The notes under the pieces are model-generated. The model had not been told where the DNA came from. It ran no database searches and worked only from the letters and a program-made list of their open reading frames with translations. Below, one piece after another: positions 59,791-64,000 of a stretch of DNA of 64,000 nt (position 1 is its first letter; each line of letters starts with the position of its first letter). A program made the translations under genes and the position numbers. The DNA comes from an uncultured Candidatus Saccharibacteria bacterium (GTDB lineage: Bacteria; Patescibacteriota; Minisyncoccia; Phycocordibacterales; UBA918), in NCBI GenBank assembly GCA_964350735.1, contig CAYGKO010000001.1, forward strand, positions 115,339 through 179,338. Reading direction: 5' to 3'.

Positions 59791-60016
59791 AATGTACTCT
59801 TTTTAAATAAACTGTCAATCATTTTTGACTAAATATCCACAGGTGTAGTAGATTATTTTCAATAAAACATAACAATATTTTTTGTCAAAAGTTGTTATAT
59901 AATAAGCCATTTTTAATACAAAAACGGGGTTTGGGGATAACTTTGTCAAAAAGTTTTGACAAAAAATGACTTTCTCCTATACTTACCAACATCACTTTTA
60001 GTCAATAAAAAGTGAC
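59791..60016. promoter_or_regulatory. Divergent sigma70 promoters with GTC-N10-GAC operators
   Basis: Operators 59814-59829, 59945-59960, 60001-60016; rightward promoter TTGACA-N16-TATACT 59956-59983. Confidence 0.75.
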
Positions 60017-60050
60017 AAATAAATTTTAACTCAACTATTCACCTCTAACC

Positions 60051-60359
60051 ATGAAGCAACTACATTCACAGACGAACGTTGTGGCCCACGCCATCAACGC
60101 AGCGATACAACTAAGAAAAGTTAAGTTGTACCCCAGCGTTCGGGCAGTGACCGTAGTTGCCTACTACAAGGATCGAGATCGGCAGGCAGGAGATTATATC
60201 GGCAGAGCTTACTGCTTCGATTGGAAAAGCTTACGAGCCTACACCACTATGGTTATCCACAACAATCACACGCACGCCCCACCAACTGACGAGGAAGACC
60301 AGGAAGATGAGATCGAGTTGGCTCCCCCCGGAGAGCGACTACCAGCCATTGGCTACTAA
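60051..60359 (+). CDS. Hypothetical protein with HAPP/LAPP acidic tail
   Basis: First ORF after the promoter; AACC-ATG start context. Confidence 0.55.
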   Translation: MKQLHSQTNVVAHAINAAIQLRKVKLYPSVRAVTVVAYYKDRDRQAGDYIGRAYCFDWKSLRAYTTMVIHNNHTHAPPTDEEDQEDEIELAPPGERLPAIGY

Positions 60360-60373
60360 GTAATTAACCAACC

Positions 60374-60436
60374 ATGCATTCATACATTAAATCAGGCGTG
60401 CCACTAGGAGCCCACGCCCCACCAAGTCAGGAGTAG
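60374..60436 (+). CDS. Micro-ORF MHSYIKSGVPLGAHAPPSQE
   Basis: AACC-ATG context; shares CACGCCCCACCAA with the upstream ORF. Confidence 0.4.
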   Translation: MHSYIKSGVPLGAHAPPSQE

Positions 60437-60468
60437 CAAAGCATTATCATCCATTAACTAAGGCAATC

Positions 60469-60507
60469 ATGACACAAGCTACCACTATAAGCGCCAAACC
60501 TCCGTAA
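60469..60507 (+). CDS. Micro-ORF MTQATTISAKPP
   Basis: ATG after an AT-rich spacer; ends Pro-Pro-stop. Confidence 0.3.
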   Translation: MTQATTISAKPP

Positions 60508-60555
60508 CTGGAGTAATTAAAAAAGTCCACTAAACAAATTTCAATACGTAACATT

Positions 60556-60615
60556 ATGAAAAACAAATACCACAACTTGCCTCCTCCACTAATCCCGGCC
60601 GCAGGGCCGAACTAA
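60556..60615 (+). CDS. Micro-ORF MKNKYHNLPPPLIPAAGPN
   Basis: ATG after an AT-rich spacer; followed by terminator 60626-60663. Confidence 0.4.
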   Translation: MKNKYHNLPPPLIPAAGPN

Positions 60616-60726
60616 AGAAATGTAATCACCAATTTCAGCACCAGCGGGTGCTGTTTTTGGTGATGATGTATGGGCGTCGCAAATTACGGAGTAATTTTGC
60701 GACGCTTCCCTGCTACAATACTGGTA

Positions 60727-61644
60727 ATGAAATTAAGTGAGCTACAGCGTCAATTCTTGGAGTACTTAGAGATTGAACGGGGTCGGAGTGTGAAGACGGT
60801 TGAGAACTATGATCGCTATCTCAAGCGTTTCCTGGCATTCGCGAAGACTGATGACCCTAAGAAATTAACCGAAGAACAGGTGCGGGAATTTCGTCTCTGG
60901 CTTAATCGCCAAGATGGCACTAAGACCGGTGGCCGGATGGAGCCGATGAAGCGGCGTACCCAAAATTACTACTTGATTGCGCTCCGAGCCTTTTTGAAGT
61001 ATCTCCGCAAGCGTGACGTCGAATCACTCAACCCTGAACGGATTGAGTTAGCGAAAGTACCAGAGCGGTCGCTTGATCTAATTTCCCCTACGGAGCTAGC
61101 GCGGCTGATGAAAGCACCAGATACCACTACTCTGCCGGGGCTGCGAGATAAAGCGATTTTAGAACTCTTCTTCTCGACTGGCCTGCGTATTTCTGAACTC
61201 TGTGGACTATCAATAGATGATGTTGATCTCACTCGGGATGAATTCTCAGTGCGCGGTAAGGGTGACAAGGTGCGGGTAGTGTTTCTGTCTGATACCGCTA
61301 AAGACGCTATCAGGAAGTATCTTAAAGAACGGAAAGATATGAGCGATGCGCTCTTCATTCAGTATGGGAAAAACGCGAAGGGGGCGAAAGACTTACGTCT
61401 GTCGCCCCGCACCGTGCAACGCATGCTGAAGCAAGTAGCCGCCAAGGCCGGTATCACCCGCAAAGTCACCCCCCACGTCTTACGTCACAGTTTCGCCACC
61501 GACCTACTCAGTAACGGCGCCGACCTACGTTCCGTCCAAGCCCTTCTCGGCCACGCCAACATTGCCACCACCCAGGTCTACACCCACGTCACCGACAAAC
61601 ACCTGCGTGATGTCCATAAGAAGTTCCATGGAAAGGGTGGGTAA
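60727..61644 (+). CDS. Xer-type tyrosine recombinase (XerC/XerD-like)
   Basis: TGLRISEL, GKGDK, HVLRHSFAT.LL.NGADLR, LGH, TTQVY; all catalytic residues present. Confidence 0.93.
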   Translation: MKLSELQRQFLEYLEIERGRSVKTVENYDRYLKRFLAFAKTDDPKKLTEEQVREFRLWLNRQDGTKTGGRMEPMKRRTQNYYLIALRAFLKYLRKRDVESLNPERIELAKVPERSLDLISPTELARLMKAPDTTTLPGLRDKAILELFFSTGLRISELCGLSIDDVDLTRDEFSVRGKGDKVRVVFLSDTAKDAIRKYLKERKDMSDALFIQYGKNAKGAKDLRLSPRTVQRMLKQVAAKAGITRKVTPHVLRHSFATDLLSNGADLRSVQALLGHANIATTQVYTHVTDKHLRDVHKKFHGKGG

Positions 61645-61698
61645 AGAAAATAGGTGCATCAGGGATTGATGCACCTATTAAGAACAATTAGAAGCAGC

Positions 61699-61932
61699 TT
61701 ACTTATTTTTAAACACGATGACGATGTAAATAAGTGATGCGTTGACAATTAGATATATTCCACCCACCACCATAATCCAACCGGTGCGGTGGCCTGTCAT
61801 TATCCCGAGGCCGGTGCGACACGTCCATTCTCCTTCGAGATAGAAACCACCAAAAAATACTAATATAGGTCCGAGCACCGCGCCGGCAGCTAGGCTGCAG
61901 ACGGATAGTATACGCTGAGCTTTTGTCATCAT
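61699..61932 (-). CDS. Small two-TM hypothetical protein
   Basis: Hydrophobic hairpin, AAGGA SD. Confidence 0.6.
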   Translation of the reverse strand: MMTKAQRILSVCSLAAGAVLGPILVFFGGFYLEGEWTCRTGLGIMTGHRTGWIMVVGGIYLIVNASLIYIVIVFKNK

Positions 61933-61948
61933 TTTCTTCCTTTAGTTT

Positions 61949-62470
61949 CTAGGTTTTAGTTTGTACAAAGAGCGGAGGAATGATCTCAAGGGCGTACCAC
62001 AGAGCGGGTAATGTTCCGGATTCTTTTTCCAGGCGTCCCCAGGCCATAAGTGTCATTTGTGGTATACCGAAACGATAGAAGATTGTGTGTTTAGGGTTTC
62101 CAAAGCACACAAAATATTCAAACGCTTCAGGAGGAATAAGCCGCAAGTAATCCAATGTTTGTACTTTACTGGCTGGATAGTTCAGTTCACCATTTTGATT
62201 TACTACTCGTGCTTGATTCCATCCCAACGTTTTAACCTCATTTTCTTTGGGAAGTAGTAACCAGCGAAAACCTTCTATTAGCAATCCATTGGGTTTTTCA
62301 GAAGGGTCGTACCCGTGTTTCTTCCAGTATTTTTCTTGCTCAGTAATAGATGGAATTGGCCTCCGCCTCGCTGACCGTACTTCTGGTGAAGCAACAAAGA
62401 CTGGAAGAAAAATTAATGCCAAAACAAGCAGAGTAAGGCAGAATCCGATCAAGATGCGCCAGGTTTCCAT
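61949..62470 (-). CDS. Hypothetical membrane-anchored protein
   Basis: N-terminal TM, AAGGA SD, divergent from TrmB2. Confidence 0.6.
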   Translation of the reverse strand: METWRILIGFCLTLLVLALIFLPVFVASPEVRSARRRPIPSITEQEKYWKKHGYDPSEKPNGLLIEGFRWLLLPKENEVKTLGWNQARVVNQNGELNYPASKVQTLDYLRLIPPEAFEYFVCFGNPKHTIFYRFGIPQMTLMAWGRLEKESGTLPALWYALEIIPPLFVQTKT

Positions 62471-62642
62471 GGGGGTGTCCTTTCGAAGTTTGTTACATCT
62501 GCTCTTAATCTATTTCTTATTCTAAATAAATCAAATATAAATTATTTCTTTAAAAAATAAGCCTTATAGTAAAGCTTTTATACGGCAATAGTTTTGTCAT
62601 TAATTTTGGACGAAAAGATTTATTTATGCTAGTTTTGGAGTA

Positions 62643-63368
62643 ATGACACCAAAAATAAATAGTGTGCTATCTGAGTTTGGCTTAACTCAAAATGAAGCAG
62701 CTGCCTATGTGGCGCTGCTACAAATGGGTAAAGGTTCGGCTGATTCGGTGGCTTCGCGCGCTGAGATTAAACGATCGACAGCCTATTTGGCCCTAGAGTC
62801 GCTGTTGCGCCAGGGCTTTATTGGAAAAGTACCCCGGGCCCGAAAGATGCTTTTTATTGCTAAAGATCCGGAAGAGCTACGCGAACGTGAGCTGCATCGG
62901 ATGAAAGAGGTTGATCGCCTCGTTCCCCTTTTGCGCTCAATGGCCGCAGAGGCTAATCATTTCGGGACGCGTTTGTTTGAAGGGGTAGAAGGAATTAAGA
63001 GTGCCTACAACTTTAGACGAGAAGAATTACAGAATATTGAATACGTTGGCTTTTTTGGTTTTACCCCTGACCTGGATCCGGAACTGGAGTCGTTTATTGA
63101 AGACTGGAACGTTATTAACGCTGAACGAAATATTAGTTCCCGGGCCATCGTGCCGGAGCATAGTTCGCTCCAACATTTTCGGGCCTTGGATAGTGTACAT
63201 AAGCGTCAGGTAAAGGTGATTGCAAAAGAAGACTACCCTTCAAATATATCAATTGAAGTGTATGAAGATTTTATTCGGATTGTCTTATTTGCCGAGAAAG
63301 CGGCTTTAGTGATTGAAAGTAAGTCGCTGGCGACAGCAATGCGAGCAGTGTTTGAGATGGTGTGGTAA
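62643..63368 (+). CDS. TrmB family transcriptional regulator 2
   Basis: FGLTQNEAAAYVALL.MG, KRSTAY, FEGVEGIK; GTC-N10-GAC at 62596-62611 upstream. Confidence 0.9.
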   Translation: MTPKINSVLSEFGLTQNEAAAYVALLQMGKGSADSVASRAEIKRSTAYLALESLLRQGFIGKVPRARKMLFIAKDPEELRERELHRMKEVDRLVPLLRSMAAEANHFGTRLFEGVEGIKSAYNFRREELQNIEYVGFFGFTPDLDPELESFIEDWNVINAERNISSRAIVPEHSSLQHFRALDSVHKRQVKVIAKEDYPSNISIEVYEDFIRIVLFAEKAALVIESKSLATAMRAVFEMVW

Positions 63369-63419
63369 ATAAAAACAGCGGCACCGATCGGTGCCGCTGT
63401 TTTTTCTTTGCCTCCCCTG

Positions 63420-64000
63420 TTACTCTAAGTTAACTTCAATCACGGCGTTCATACGCAGCATATCAATCAGGTTTTGTACGGCTTCTTGTTGGGTGTTGGC
63501 TTGGATTTGCTGTTCGATTTGTGGTGCTAGTTCTTCTAGTGACGGGACATTCTCGCCTGCTGGAATACTGTCGTAGAAGGCTTGGATTTCTTCTGCGGTT
63601 ACTTCCAGTTCGTTCAGTCCAGCTTCTGTGGTGATGTATTCGTCTACAATTAGTTGCTCTTCGATGTCAGCGTTGAGGTCAGCTGGAGTCATGTTTTGAC
63701 GCTCCAGTTCAGCTGCTAAAGCAGCTTCTCCACCAAATTGTTCTTGGATGAGAATGTATTGCTCAGCTACTGCTTCTGGAGTGGTGGTGATACCAGCTTC
63801 ACGAGCAGCTTCTAGAAATAAGGTGGTGTTTACCAGCACATCGATGGCTTGCTCCTCAATTTGCGCTCGTACAGTAGGGTCAGTTGGTAGGGCACCTTGA
63901 GCTACGGCTAGTTCAGTCGTCCGAGCGACACTTTGTTCAAAGGTATCTGCTGAGATCTCAGTCCCATTTACGACAGCAACTACATCAGGATAGGCTGAGG
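63420..64000 (-). CDS. SurA N-terminal domain protein (5' end outside window)
   Basis: Frame open to the window edge: VVAVVNGTEIS...IDVLVN..L..EA...GI. Confidence 0.8.
   Translation of the reverse strand, partial: SAYPDVVAVVNGTEISADTFEQSVARTTELAVAQGALPTDPTVRAQIEEQAIDVLVNTTLFLEAAREAGITTTPEAVAEQYILIQEQFGGEAALAAELERQNMTPADLNADIEEQLIVDEYITTEAGLNELEVTAEEIQAFYDSIPAGENVPSLEELAPQIEQQIQANTQQEAVQNLIDMLRMNAVIEVNLE

Noticed and set aside
59833-60261. DnaA-box-like 9-mers (59833, 59932, 60253) as a second origin
   Set aside because: Few and scattered, one lies in an ORF, and a proper oriC exists at dnaA; DnaA regulation is not excluded
60727-61644. Tyrosine recombinase as a prophage/island integrase or integron integrase
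   Set aside because: Canonical Xer motifs; no IntI insertion, att repeats, attC array or phage genes seen
1-64000. TGA recoding (code 25), CRISPR arrays, IS elements, rRNA
   Set aside because: TGA terminates normal genes such as pilB, and core ORFs are intact under code 11; no spaced repeats, transposases or rRNA seen

Overview
Origin-spanning chromosome segment of a small-genome Patescibacteria (CPR, Parcubacteria-like; inferred from gene set, TrmB regulators, split VirB4/PrgI locus and lack of Shine-Dalgarno sites), standard genetic code. It holds dnaN-oriC-dnaA-rpmH-rnpA-yidC, ruvABC, polA, holA, tyrS, murE, PBP1A, pilM/pilB, a chromosomal type IV secretion-like locus, pcrA, comM, pnp, rpsO, a Xer recombinase and three tRNAs. 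The most unusual signals lie outside the ORF track. (1) All three tRNA genes are followed by the same ~170-nt structured module, which carries an antisense copy of that tRNA's own 3' half inside a shared, covarying scaffold. (2) Three accessory genes sit behind uORF attenuators with full 1:2/2:3/3:4 pairing logic. (3) A TrmB-flanked divergent promoter with GTC-N10-GAC operators points to a ~390-nt structured RNA on one side and Pro-Pro micro-ORFs on the other. (4) A second ~370-nt candidate ncRNA lies between pilB and ruvB. (5) A standalone 45-aa RanBP2/NZF-like zinc finger has its own promoter and terminator. (6) Two pilin genes share an identical 345-bp core but have different tails. All calls were made by eye; no searches or folding programs were run.
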